A stretch of 57,622 nt of DNA from an uncultured archaeon (GCA_964610875.1 CAZSWP010000026.1:1-57622); one strand, 5' to 3'. Counted from the stretch's first letter, positions 38,486-48,647 are shown. The notes: a model not told the origin generated them from the sequence alone. A program made the numbers and translations.

Positions 38486-39139
38486 ATGACTGACCTGGTA
38501 TACTGCAAAGCAATTGTATTTGATTTTGACGGAACACTTGCAGATAGTATGCCTTTCTTGGAAAAGATTGGTGTGGAGATGATGATGAAATATTATGATG
38601 TTGCTTTTGCAGATGCTACTGAGAGATATCGTTCCACTACAGGCCTTCCATATGAACAACAAATTGAACTGAGCTTTCCAGATAATGAACGTAATGACGC
38701 ATGTGTGGAAGAATTCGAGAGATTGAAGATTGAGAGGATATTTGAACAGGACCTATTCGATGACACTGAGGAAATGTTACAGAATCTTTCAAATCGCAAA
38801 TTCGAGCTATACGTATCTTCCTCTACTTTTCAATCTACTATATTAGAATATTTTGACAGAAGAGATATGACCAAGTATTTCTCCGAAATTTTGGGGTACA
38901 GAAAGGGTTTCGAGAAAGGAGCAGATCATTTCAAACATATCAAAACAAAACATGAGATTTTTCTTGGACATCTAGTTTTTGTTGGAGACTCTCTAAAAGA
39001 CTATGAACGGTCAAAGGGGTATTGTAAGTTTATAGCGAAGACCGGAATATTTAGTGAGAATGACTATAGGTCTTTGGGACATTCTGGACATGTTATTGAA
39101 AGACTAGCAGAGCTTCCACAGTTGGTTGCCAAATTATGA
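38486..39139 (+). CDS. HAD-superfamily hydrolase
   Basis: Motif I FDFDGTL, motif II SS, motif III K, motif IV VGDSLKD. Confidence 0.9.
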   Translation: MTDLVYCKAIVFDFDGTLADSMPFLEKIGVEMMMKYYDVAFADATERYRSTTGLPYEQQIELSFPDNERNDACVEEFERLKIERIFEQDLFDDTEEMLQNLSNRKFELYVSSSTFQSTILEYFDRRDMTKYFSEILGYRKGFEKGADHFKHIKTKHEIFLGHLVFVGDSLKDYERSKGYCKFIAKTGIFSENDYRSLGHSGHVIERLAELPQLVAKL

Positions 39140-39140
39140 T

Positions 39141-40106
39141 TCAATTAGCTTGGGTAGCAATGGCCTTTGCTGGACCCTGACCTTTTACCTTGTTCATTCT
39201 CTCTAATACTAAGGTTATGTGATCTTTCATATGTTCAGGTACAATAACCAGATTCTCTTCTGGTTTTTCTTCTAGAACTCGAAGTATCTTCTCTAGCGTG
39301 TTCTTCTTCATCTGTCTGCAAATAGCTCCTTCCCAAAGAGGGATTATAATCTTGTCAGGATGGGCTGCTTGAAGTTGATGGACTAAACCCATCTCAGTTG
39401 CAATGATGAACTTCTTTGCATCAGATTCAGCTACTGTGTTTGCCATCATTCCCGTTGAACCAACCATATCAGCGGCTTCCTGTACTTCTTTGCGACACTC
39501 AGGATGTGCGATTGCAATAGCATCAGGATGTTCTTCCTTCAATAGAAGTAATTGGGCAATATCGAATTGATTGTGAACGTAGCAATGCCCTCTTGGTTCA
39601 ATATCTATAATTTCAACGCTAGTGTGTTTTCGCACATGCTCCGCAAGATTAGCATCAGGACCAAATAATACTGATTCCACACCGAGATTCTCTACAACTT
39701 CAACAGCACTACCAGAAGTGCAAATATAGTCGGTTTCCGATTTGGTTTCTGCAGTGGTATTAACATAGACAATAACAGGTGCATCAGGGTGCTGTTCCTT
39801 AGCTTTTCTAAGTTTGTCAGCATTCGCAAAAGCTGCAAGAGGACATAGTGCTCCAGGTTCAGGGATATATACATGAGTCCCATTTGATAAAACAGCAGTC
39901 ATCTCTGCCATGAATCTAACACCACAGAATATAATCATATCAAAACCACTAACATCTGCACTCTTTTGAGCAAGTTGAAGGGAATCGCCAACAAAATCAG
40001 CAATCTCTTGTATATCCATCGTTTGGTAGTTATGAGCTAGTATCAGTGCGTTCTTTTGCTTTTTTAATTCCAAGATTTTCTTTTGGAGTTCGCTGCATTC
40101 TTGCAA
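39141..40106 (-). CDS. nadA: quinolinate synthase
   Basis: ILAHNYQ, GDSLQLA, FCGVRFMAE, CPLA, YVNT, CTS, GPDANL, CYVH, AHPEC, GST, ATEMG and C..MK. Confidence 0.95.
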   Translation of the reverse strand: MQECSELQKKILELKKQKNALILAHNYQTMDIQEIADFVGDSLQLAQKSADVSGFDMIIFCGVRFMAEMTAVLSNGTHVYIPEPGALCPLAAFANADKLRKAKEQHPDAPVIVYVNTTAETKSETDYICTSGSAVEVVENLGVESVLFGPDANLAEHVRKHTSVEIIDIEPRGHCYVHNQFDIAQLLLLKEEHPDAIAIAHPECRKEVQEAADMVGSTGMMANTVAESDAKKFIIATEMGLVHQLQAAHPDKIIIPLWEGAICRQMKKNTLEKILRVLEEKPEENLVIVPEHMKDHITLVLERMNKVKGQGPAKAIATQAN

Positions 40107-40309
40107 TCACATGCACCTATTCTTGACAGCTGAAATGATGTTTTAAAGGAAACCTCAAACGGCAATTCATGGCGCATCAAATAAGATTGGGCAATGCTTG
40201 CCGGTTCTTAATCACCTTAGAGAGGAGTCCAGCATGATTTAAGTGTCACATATTCTACAAGAAATAAGTTGCAATTGGAATTGGAGGTCTCACAACGAAA
40301 GTAGGTGTT

Positions 40310-41371
40310 GTGGCCAGTAATGAAGCCCATACAAAGGATGACACAAAATCAGTTGTGACTGAGATTGAACAAGCTGGAGGAGAAGTGATCCTCGAAGAGC
40401 ATTCAGCTGAAATTCTAAAGAGAACGGGGATTCCACTAAAGAGATTAGATGCAGATGTTTTAGCAATTGTAGGGTCGGATAGACATCTTCTCTCTACACT
40501 ACTTAAGATAGGAGAATCATCCCTACCTGTCCTTCCAATCTCTTCAACTGGTCAACCAACCTTCTTTTCTGAAATCACTGTGAAAGGATTTGAAACAATA
40601 GTAGAGGACTTGATATCAGAACAATGGGTAATAGAAAAACGATTGAGACTTGTTGGAAATATCGGAGGGCGAAAAACGCCTCCATTCATCAATGATCTTG
40701 GATTATTTTGCAAGAGAAGTGCAACACTATTAAGATATTCACTTTACCTTGACGGAGAGATGTTTTGGAAAGATGGCAGTGATGGCGTATTAATTGCAAC
40801 CCCTACAGGTAGCACAGGATACTCTATGAGCGTAGGAGGTCCAGTTATTCTTCACCCCGCGCATGTTATGATGTTTGTTTCCGTAAACAGTACGAATCCA
40901 GCCAGACGACCTTTGATAGTTTCTGACAGCATGGAGATTCAGGTTAGAGATTTAGACAGTTCTATAACAATTGAAGCAATTGTTGACGGACAGCGCAGAA
41001 TGAAAGTTAAAGACGACCCGGTTCTCGTCAAAAGGGCTGATTCAGATGCGACCTTTGTAAAATTTGATGAAGAGAAACTTGCAGCATTGAGAGGAAAGTT
41101 ACACAAGAAATCACTCTCACTGGATAACGCTCATCATGAAATACCACCAAGTGCAAAATTGGTTCTGAAGGTCTTGGAGTATCAAGACCAACTGACTCAA
41201 AAGCAAATTATCTTAGAAACCATGCTACCCTCACGAACCGTGAGATATGCTCTTTCAATCCTAATATCAGAAGGAATAGTAAAAAAACAAGTATCGCTTC
41301 GCGATTCCAGACAAGCGCTTTATAGCGTTGTTAAGCAAAAGAAGAGTACTGAAGAGCTCAAAGAGAAATAG
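40310..41371 (+). CDS. NAD(+)/NADH kinase family protein with C-terminal winged-helix domain
   Basis: ND motif, DGVLIATPTGSTGYSMSVGGP and DG; the GGDG motif reads GSDR; C-terminal PPSAKLVLKVLEY...LTQKQI...RTVRYAL..L...G wHTH. Confidence 0.85.
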   Translation: MASNEAHTKDDTKSVVTEIEQAGGEVILEEHSAEILKRTGIPLKRLDADVLAIVGSDRHLLSTLLKIGESSLPVLPISSTGQPTFFSEITVKGFETIVEDLISEQWVIEKRLRLVGNIGGRKTPPFINDLGLFCKRSATLLRYSLYLDGEMFWKDGSDGVLIATPTGSTGYSMSVGGPVILHPAHVMMFVSVNSTNPARRPLIVSDSMEIQVRDLDSSITIEAIVDGQRRMKVKDDPVLVKRADSDATFVKFDEEKLAALRGKLHKKSLSLDNAHHEIPPSAKLVLKVLEYQDQLTQKQIILETMLPSRTVRYALSILISEGIVKKQVSLRDSRQALYSVVKQKKSTEELKEK

Positions 41372-41384
41372 ACACGTGATAGAT

Positions 41385-43526
41385 ATGGCTTTATCAAAGA
41401 ACATTCTTCCAAAAGCAAAGCATTCAGTTGTAGATGATTTCCTTAAAGAAGGTTACAAAGACGCAGAAATATCACTAAAAAACCGAGAATTGGATAGCAG
41501 TTCCGATGTCTTGGGTCAAAATCGTGAACTTATGGCATTCACGATTATTCAAGCTGCAGGGGAATCTATAGAGGGGATTGAGAAAGCTATTGCCGTTAAT
41601 GAGAAACTTCAGGAAGTCTTTAGGGATATAGTGGATGATGTTGAAGAAGATATGATGATTTCATGTCTCTCTTTATGTCTTTATGGTCATATAATGGAAA
41701 TATATTCTGAAGAAGACTTCCGCTATGTATACCGCTATACACTGAAGGATTCAAAGAAAACAGAGGTAGTTAAGGATTGGTTGCTACGTGCATTACTAAT
41801 TCTTGGAGGATTGAAGAAAGATAAACCAACTGAGATTTTGAGTGAAGTAAGAAACTGGATTAACTTTCTTGGAGCCCAGTTGTTTTCTCCAAACGAATTA
41901 TCTGAACCTGCAGAAGAGTTACAGATGGATATGGAAGATGCATTGCTGTCAGAAGAAGTCAGGTTGGTAGAGGCATTAAGAAAATATTCAGATTATCTTG
42001 AGGAAGCTGTCAGAAACAAACCATACTTTGAGATGTATAGTCAATCAAATGAATGGCTTCCAGAGGTGCTTTCACATCATCTTTTGAAGATATATCGTAA
42101 GAAAGTCTACAGTTCTGCTAAAGATATTATTACGCCAGTTATGGACATCGAAGAGGCTCATGAAACTCTGAAGAAACATTTCGAAGAGCAAGAATTTAGG
42201 AGCAATGAAGACTCAGTCTTTCCAGTACGGCTACAAGAGCTTGAGAATCCTCCACCAGCTGATGCAGTTGATCCAGTTGTATTCGAGATGATTCCTCAGA
42301 AATTGCGAGTTCAATTGCTACCATCTGTTGCTTATTCAGTAAGTACAAAGCAGATAGAGATTATTTTCATCGGAGGACCTAGAATTGGTCATAGTGGAAT
42401 TCTGATTAAAACAGACTCAGGAGGTATTCTTATGGACTATGGGATGTCTGTTGCAAATCAGATGATTCCAAAATGGGTGCCAGAGATAGAAATGATTGAT
42501 ACAGTTTTGGTCACTCATTCACACCTAGATCATGTTGGTGCTCTTCCTATTTTATTTGATAGTTATTCTGGAAAGTGGTGTTCTACTAATCTAACTGCAG
42601 CAATCACTATGACACTGTTAGAAGATGCAAAAAAGGTTGGAACACCCATGCCTCCAAGACGATATGATAAATGGGACATGGTATCAAGATTCAAACAGAA
42701 GAATATAGATATCGTATCGCGAAATCATGCACCTCTTGAGGTTGGAGTCACAAGTGAAATTGGTCCAGGTATATTAGTCACTCCTATAGAAGCTTGCCAC
42801 ATTCCAGGGAGTGTGGCTTACATTGTAGATATAGAGGGAGTAAGGATTCTATATACCGGGGACTTCAATCTTGACCAATCAATGCTCTTTCCCGGGGCGA
42901 GTTTACCCAATGATTGCAATGTTGTGATTTTTGATGGTACGTATTGGGACAGAGAGGATTTCGACCGATCGAAAGTAAGTGAAACGTTTTCAGACGTAAT
43001 TCAAAATCACGGACCTGTTATCATTCCTAGTTTTGCTGTAGGTCGTTCTCAAGAAGTGTTAATGATTCTTGAGAATCTCGGAATCACAAAAAGTAGAAAT
43101 GTCATCGTTGCCGGAATGGCTGAACAAGTAACAAAGACTGCCGGGTACAAAGGGAATTGGGATAGTCTAAAGAAGAACAAGTATGAACTTGACTCAGAAG
43201 ATGTGATAGTGGCAGGAGGCGGAATGATGGGAGGAGGTCATGCTAGGAATTTCTTCAACATGTATCGTGATGACCCCAAAGCAGCAGTGATTCTCTGTGG
43301 ATATCTTGCCCCACGGACTCCAGGCTGGAATTTAGCAAATGGACACGAACCGTGCAAATGTCATGTGGAGTATGCTAGGTTGAGTGCCCATTCATCCGGA
43401 AGTAACTTAGAGCAGTATATTGATTCATGCGATGGTAAAAGAGTGATAGTTCACACTCCTGTAGAGAAGATTACTAAGAAACTCACAATGCCTGAATTCG
43501 GATCTAGAATAATCTTGAAAACCTAA
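41385..43526 (+). CDS. beta-CASP metallo-beta-lactamase ribonuclease with long N-terminal helical extension
   Basis: MDYG, THSHLDHVG, CHIPGS, YTGDF, DGTY, PSFAVGRSQE, GMM.GG, LSAHS and VH motifs; about 320-aa non-KH N-terminal region. ORF track start is 41328. Confidence 0.85.
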   Translation: MALSKNILPKAKHSVVDDFLKEGYKDAEISLKNRELDSSSDVLGQNRELMAFTIIQAAGESIEGIEKAIAVNEKLQEVFRDIVDDVEEDMMISCLSLCLYGHIMEIYSEEDFRYVYRYTLKDSKKTEVVKDWLLRALLILGGLKKDKPTEILSEVRNWINFLGAQLFSPNELSEPAEELQMDMEDALLSEEVRLVEALRKYSDYLEEAVRNKPYFEMYSQSNEWLPEVLSHHLLKIYRKKVYSSAKDIITPVMDIEEAHETLKKHFEEQEFRSNEDSVFPVRLQELENPPPADAVDPVVFEMIPQKLRVQLLPSVAYSVSTKQIEIIFIGGPRIGHSGILIKTDSGGILMDYGMSVANQMIPKWVPEIEMIDTVLVTHSHLDHVGALPILFDSYSGKWCSTNLTAAITMTLLEDAKKVGTPMPPRRYDKWDMVSRFKQKNIDIVSRNHAPLEVGVTSEIGPGILVTPIEACHIPGSVAYIVDIEGVRILYTGDFNLDQSMLFPGASLPNDCNVVIFDGTYWDREDFDRSKVSETFSDVIQNHGPVIIPSFAVGRSQEVLMILENLGITKSRNVIVAGMAEQVTKTAGYKGNWDSLKKNKYELDSEDVIVAGGGMMGGGHARNFFNMYRDDPKAAVILCGYLAPRTPGWNLANGHEPCKCHVEYARLSAHSSGSNLEQYIDSCDGKRVIVHTPVEKITKKLTMPEFGSRIILKT

Positions 43527-43529
43527 TGC

Positions 43530-45503
43530 TCAAGCTACAACCTCTAGAACCCCGTCAAGTACCAATTTAGTCGCAACAAACTTCATCGCTGGAAGACTTA
43601 CATTCAGCTTCCTGACAACGTCCTCAAGCGCAGTATTCCCATCACATAATTCAACGAACTTGATAACAACAGGACCATATGCCTTCACAGTATCAGAATC
43701 AGGGTCAGTCTTCTTTTTCAGATGGCTGTTTGGATTTATCTCTACTTGGAAGTCAATCCAACCGTATTTCTGCATTATTTGTAAACAACCCAATACGGTT
43801 TCTCTTGGTAGGTCAAGGCTTCGTACGAGTCCACCCACGGTAGTAGTACTCTCAATAGCTGTCTTCACTTTTACAACGGCATGCCCAACCTCACGATTAG
43901 CAAATGGAAGAGGTCTACCTGCTTCTCTTGCTCGGACCACATAGTCCAAGCTTATGGGACGCAGAGGTGCCTCAGATACAATATCAAAAACAGAACTCTC
44001 AAACACTACATTATCGCCTTCCCATCTATCCCAAATGTCTGAATATTTCTGCTCAATATCAACAAGTAGAGAAGCCATCAGCCTCCTGTTTTTGTCTTCT
44101 TCAAGGTCATTATCTACAATCAATGCTAGAACAAAATGCTTGGATTTTTCAACCATGACGAGATTTCCTTCGTGCTCGATGGTTTCTAGTGCGTTTGTCT
44201 TGCCTCCAGTGCCATCAGCTTCTGCATCAAGTCCACCAAAGGAATCCAATGCAGAAATCAAAGATGTAACAGCTTTAGTGTCGAAGACTTCCTCAGAGTA
44301 GTCTAAATGATATGCAATGTCATACATTCCTTGATTCTGAACAATTAGTAAAAGTGTTAGAATCTTACTTCCACGATGTATTTGTTTAGCCACTAACTCC
44401 GCATGAGATTCCGATGAACCAGCAACAGCACCAGACTCAGTTGCAGCTTCGACTTCTTCTACATCAGATGCTACCATTGATTCCATTTTAGTGGACTCAG
44501 TTTCTGATACCGCTTCACCATCTTCTTGATAGGGGACATCCTCGAATCCCGAATCACCTTCAGGTCTAGAAGCGTGTTCTCCTAATTCGGGTCGCTCTGA
44601 TTCGTCAGTCTTTCTTCTTACAGTGATCATCTCACTAATGGAGCGATTGGGAAGTACTACTCCTGCAGTCTTTGCACAGACTTCAAGCATGAAGCGTATG
44701 AACTCCTCTCGACGAGCTTTATCCGTAGCTACCATGGAGAAAGTTGTTGCTCCCAAGAGACGCTGAATCTTGTCACCCTTCATTGATTCGGGAAGGTCCT
44801 GTTTGTTAGCAACAATGAAGAGTGGTACAGCAGGTGCTTCCTTTCTTATGTTACGAAGTAGCGTCTTTGTTTGCATAACATTTCTAAAACTAGAGTCAGT
44901 GATTAAGAAGATTGCATCAGTCCCCTGGAAGTAGAACGCCCAGAGATCCTGGAATACGGCCTGTCCTGCGAAGTCCCATATTGTTACAAGGAACGTACCA
45001 AACTGTATCGTTTCGGAACTATCCACTGCGACATTAATCGTCGGTACGTATCCTCCAGGAGCGGGTTCCCTACCGAAAAGTAGACGCAATAATGTACTCT
45101 TACCAACACCACCAGAACCGACGAAAGAAATCTTGAATCGAGTGAAAATGAGTTCACCCAAGATGTCCTCCATATTATCCTTGATGTAATCGATACTGTT
45201 ACCACGTAGTGCAGTGGTGATTCTAGCTGCACCTTCTCGTACCTTGTATTTGATGGTACGATCTTCATCTCGACCATCAGTTGCAAATATTAGCAGTAAT
45301 TCATCACTAACAGGACCATGGAATACTTTGTGCTGGTCTACAAATACCGGAGTGTCTTCAGCAAGACCCTCGGTTGTCTTAAGGTCATTGTAACCATTCA
45401 GAAACTCTTTGATATCAGCCTCAAGGAAATCTATCTTCCAAAATCTGGCACGGACTACAACATCCCCTGTTTCTTTGTCAATGAGTAGGACGTTGTGAAT
45501 CAA
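43530..45503 (-). CDS. longin - Arf-like small GTPase - acidic linker - longin - tandem wHTH protein
   Basis: G1 GSGGVGKS, G2 YVPT, G3 WDFAGQ, G4 NKQD; LWAFYFQGTDA is Arf-like; longin-pattern domains on both sides; two C-terminal wHTH repeats. Likely TTG start at 45503 after AGGAG (ORF track start 45563). Confidence 0.85.
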   Translation of the reverse strand: MIHNVLLIDKETGDVVVRARFWKIDFLEADIKEFLNGYNDLKTTEGLAEDTPVFVDQHKVFHGPVSDELLLIFATDGRDEDRTIKYKVREGAARITTALRGNSIDYIKDNMEDILGELIFTRFKISFVGSGGVGKSTLLRLLFGREPAPGGYVPTINVAVDSSETIQFGTFLVTIWDFAGQAVFQDLWAFYFQGTDAIFLITDSSFRNVMQTKTLLRNIRKEAPAVPLFIVANKQDLPESMKGDKIQRLLGATTFSMVATDKARREEFIRFMLEVCAKTAGVVLPNRSISEMITVRRKTDESERPELGEHASRPEGDSGFEDVPYQEDGEAVSETESTKMESMVASDVEEVEAATESGAVAGSSESHAELVAKQIHRGSKILTLLLIVQNQGMYDIAYHLDYSEEVFDTKAVTSLISALDSFGGLDAEADGTGGKTNALETIEHEGNLVMVEKSKHFVLALIVDNDLEEDKNRRLMASLLVDIEQKYSDIWDRWEGDNVVFESSVFDIVSEAPLRPISLDYVVRAREAGRPLPFANREVGHAVVKVKTAIESTTTVGGLVRSLDLPRETVLGCLQIMQKYGWIDFQVEINPNSHLKKKTDPDSDTVKAYGPVVIKFVELCDGNTALEDVVRKLNVSLPAMKFVATKLVLDGVLEVVA

Positions 45504-45616
45504 GTCAGATGTTTCTCCTTGGTGATGTGGTTTCAAGTTATCTTGATATGAAAACCTTTTCAAGCATTCTAGTAAGTATATCTAAGATGAAGCTTTCCTC
45601 GATGAACTAATACTTT

Positions 45617-47302
45617 TTATTTTATCTTAATGATATCTCGTTTGATTAATTCCCTTAAAACTGTCTGTAGCACGCTTTGCTCGATACCAAGATTCTTTGC
45701 GATGTCCTTGACTTTTGCTTCTCCTGATATCTGGGACATTATAGATTCAATGTGTGTGTACATCTGTTTCATTTCATCATCAGGTTTTGCTATAGCAATC
45801 AGAGTATCTTCATCATCTAACTTGACCTTAAAGTCTATTGCATCCAGGGTTTTCAGCATATGGAGTGCTCCCAGTGTCATTTGAGGACCCGTTCCGCGAA
45901 CTAGCTGAGATAGCTTGTAATCACCACTAAGACTACTCCAGACAGCTCTTAGGAAGTCACGAACATTTTCAGATCGAAATTTCTCCCACCGAGGTTCCTT
46001 CGTACAGACTGGAGTGACTGATTGAGGCAGATTCTCAGGCGGTAATGTAGCAAGTAATTTCAGTGTGAACGGAACAGTTTCATATGGATTTGTCGAGTCC
46101 ACAACATCTTCCGGAGATTCAGCTTTCCAGAGTTCTGGCAAGAATGAAAATCTTTCTCTTAGATCCTCAACATCATGACCTCTTCCTGTTACTAGAGCAA
46201 ATATCAGATTCTCGAATTCGATAAGGATGTAGATTAACTCGCCAGTTTCAAATACAGAGGTTTTGATCTCTTCATCTTCTCCTACATCAAATAGAGTAAT
46301 GGCTGCAATCACATTAGGTGCTCTTTCAAGGACTGTCGATGGTTCTTCGTAGTAATGAGAATACAGAGATGCACCATTCTTTCTATCAACAACAAAGAAA
46401 GCTTGGTGTCCTAGAATCTCTTCATCAACAATTTCCTCCTTGCTCTTGATTACTATTTCATCTGCAATCATTTTTTCCATTGCTAATTCGGGATGATAAT
46501 TTGTGAGACCAAGCATAGAAAGGGCTGATACCAACAGATAGATTGGTCGAGATGAAACAGCATCACACAGAATTACGTTCAATTCTAGTTCCAGTGATCT
46601 AGTATATTCAAGTTCATTGTCACTTGCTGGTACTACAAGAATGGGCGCATTTGGTTTTTCTCCTATGAATCTAACCGCTTCGTGTATCTCATCTAATGTA
46701 GTGATTGTGCCACCAACCACAAGAACAAATCCATCAGCAATTGCTGAAACTGTTTCGAATTGGGATTCCTCCAATTCATCAAAGCCGAAAAGGTGTGCCA
46801 TCAATGAGAAAGGGCCAATCTGAAGAGTCTGAGGATTAATTGAATCTTCTCTTAAATAATTCCAGAGCTGATTGATCGCATCCATCGTTGGTGTTGATGT
46901 CGTAAAATCTCTAGGATATATGACACACAAATGAATCGGTGCCAACAATGTGGATTTTGCAACTTCCTCAAATTTCTTCGACATATTTCGGGTTCGCAGA
47001 GTTTCTTCCATACCTGTAAGAATATCACTGAGTTCTCTACTTTTTCCTACAATATCATCATCTACCTTATGGTCATCAGTGATAATGATTGTGAGCAAAT
47101 GTTCACCTATTCGATAGAGAAGTGTTTTTTCACCATTAACATCAATAATAGACTCGCCTTCACCAGATCCATTAGTTACAAGGGAGAAGTATACTTCAAT
47201 GGCACGTGCCAACTTTGTATCTTCAATTTTATCAGTTAGAAATGAAACAGTTGATAGAGTCCTGCCCGAAAATAGATCATGCAAGACAGCATGTGTAATC
47301 AA
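45617..47302 (-). CDS. longin - degenerate (pseudo) GTPase - longin - tandem wHTH protein, paralogue of the downstream gene
   Basis: Collinear with 43530..45503 (ITHAVLHD ~ IHNVLLID; QTLQIGPF ~ ETIQFGTF; ADGFVLVV ~ TDAIFLIT; PNAPILVV ~ PAVPLFIV; DAIDFKV ~ GWIDFQV) but lacks GxxxxGK, DxxG and NKxD. GGAGG RBS. Confidence 0.75.
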   Translation of the reverse strand: MITHAVLHDLFSGRTLSTVSFLTDKIEDTKLARAIEVYFSLVTNGSGEGESIIDVNGEKTLLYRIGEHLLTIIITDDHKVDDDIVGKSRELSDILTGMEETLRTRNMSKKFEEVAKSTLLAPIHLCVIYPRDFTTSTPTMDAINQLWNYLREDSINPQTLQIGPFSLMAHLFGFDELEESQFETVSAIADGFVLVVGGTITTLDEIHEAVRFIGEKPNAPILVVPASDNELEYTRSLELELNVILCDAVSSRPIYLLVSALSMLGLTNYHPELAMEKMIADEIVIKSKEEIVDEEILGHQAFFVVDRKNGASLYSHYYEEPSTVLERAPNVIAAITLFDVGEDEEIKTSVFETGELIYILIEFENLIFALVTGRGHDVEDLRERFSFLPELWKAESPEDVVDSTNPYETVPFTLKLLATLPPENLPQSVTPVCTKEPRWEKFRSENVRDFLRAVWSSLSGDYKLSQLVRGTGPQMTLGALHMLKTLDAIDFKVKLDDEDTLIAIAKPDDEMKQMYTHIESIMSQISGEAKVKDIAKNLGIEQSVLQTVLRELIKRDIIKIK

Positions 47303-47361
47303 CCATTTCGACCTCCGATTTTTGGATGTTGAACACTACATTAACTAGCTGAAGTCACAAA

Positions 47362-48591
47362 TCAAGTTTCCGTGATTCGTTCTTTAATGAATTGTTCATA
47401 ATTCAATTCACCACGCATTAATTTCTGATATCCTGTCAATTCATACTTATCAGGATAATATTGCTCCCAGTCACCTGAACCGCTATCTAAAGATGGTAAG
47501 TCGGATATTGCTTCGAAAACTGTAATTGGAGTTAGAAGTCCGGTGTCTGTGATTTCTGGAGGGTATCTTCGTCTGCCTCGTTTGACTCTCTCGAAATCAG
47601 GTTGAGGAAGGGTTGGAATAATACCATTTTTTGAAGCGATGATGAATAATCTCCGCCTCCTTTGTGGTACTCCATATTGCTCTGCATATAAGATAAAATA
47701 ATTGGAGTAATATCCGATAGCATCAAGAGCAGCAATTATACCATCTAATGCTTGTCCCCCACCCATTCCTTTTAGACCAACAACATTCTCGATTAGAATA
47801 AAGTCAGGCTGCAATCTTTGAGCGAACCTAATCATACTGAACACAAGTCTGTTTCTGGAATCAGAGATATTCCATTTCCCAGCGGTTGAGAAACCTTGAC
47901 AAGGAGGACCCCCTGCAAGAATCCTAATATTTGACCCACACAGATAGTTTTTGATTCTGTCAAAGATTGACTCAAATTCAATAATCTGTGATAAATCGCT
48001 TTCTATAATGAGTGCATTTGGATGATTGTGAGCATATGTTTGAAGCATGTTGGAATTGTTATCTATCCCTATGAGTGGGTTATGACCAGCATTGGATAGA
48101 CCTAATGAGAGACCTCCACATCCGCAGAACAAATCAATCACATTGCCTTTCGGAATTCTGCCACCCAATGCTTTCGCAAGTAAGGGAGGAACTGCATTCC
48201 CTATCTGTTTGAATATTGAAGAGTATGTTCCTAGGAATTTGAAAGAATCGGGAAAAGACTGTAGCCGTGCAGCTTCTCGGAAAGAAATCAGTCTATCTTG
48301 AATCGGATGGATAAATGTTCCATTTCCAGGACGATTGAAGTATGTGTTAATTGTATAACTTGGTAGGTCATATCGTAATCGACCGTAGTAAGTAGTTCTT
48401 CCTCCTGATTCACGTATTTGAGATATCCTCGCAGACTTCTTGGCAACATGAAGAGGTATGTCTTTCCAATTTCCTCCTAGAGGAATCGACTGAATTACCT
48501 CCATATCCAAATCGCTAATCCTTGGACTAATATGATTGTAGAGTTTCCTACTGACTACACCTTCTTCTTGGTGAGTAGTAGTAACTGTCAA
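47362..48591 (-). CDS. circularly permuted DNA (cytosine-5) methyltransferase, Alw26I/Eco31I/Esp3I type
   Basis: Motifs IX-X (REAARLQSFPD, QIGNAVPP) come before motif I (DLFCGCGG), IV (GGPPCQGFS), VI (ENV) and VIII (QRRRRLF). Confidence 0.9.
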   Translation of the reverse strand: MTVTTTHQEEGVVSRKLYNHISPRISDLDMEVIQSIPLGGNWKDIPLHVAKKSARISQIRESGGRTTYYGRLRYDLPSYTINTYFNRPGNGTFIHPIQDRLISFREAARLQSFPDSFKFLGTYSSIFKQIGNAVPPLLAKALGGRIPKGNVIDLFCGCGGLSLGLSNAGHNPLIGIDNNSNMLQTYAHNHPNALIIESDLSQIIEFESIFDRIKNYLCGSNIRILAGGPPCQGFSTAGKWNISDSRNRLVFSMIRFAQRLQPDFILIENVVGLKGMGGGQALDGIIAALDAIGYYSNYFILYAEQYGVPQRRRRLFIIASKNGIIPTLPQPDFERVKRGRRRYPPEITDTGLLTPITVFEAISDLPSLDSGSGDWEQYYPDKYELTGYQKLMRGELNYEQFIKERITET

Positions 48592-48647
48592 ACGCTTCCT
48601 TTCTCCAATCTAGAAGTAGCTAACGGGTCTTATAGAAAGTTGTGTTA

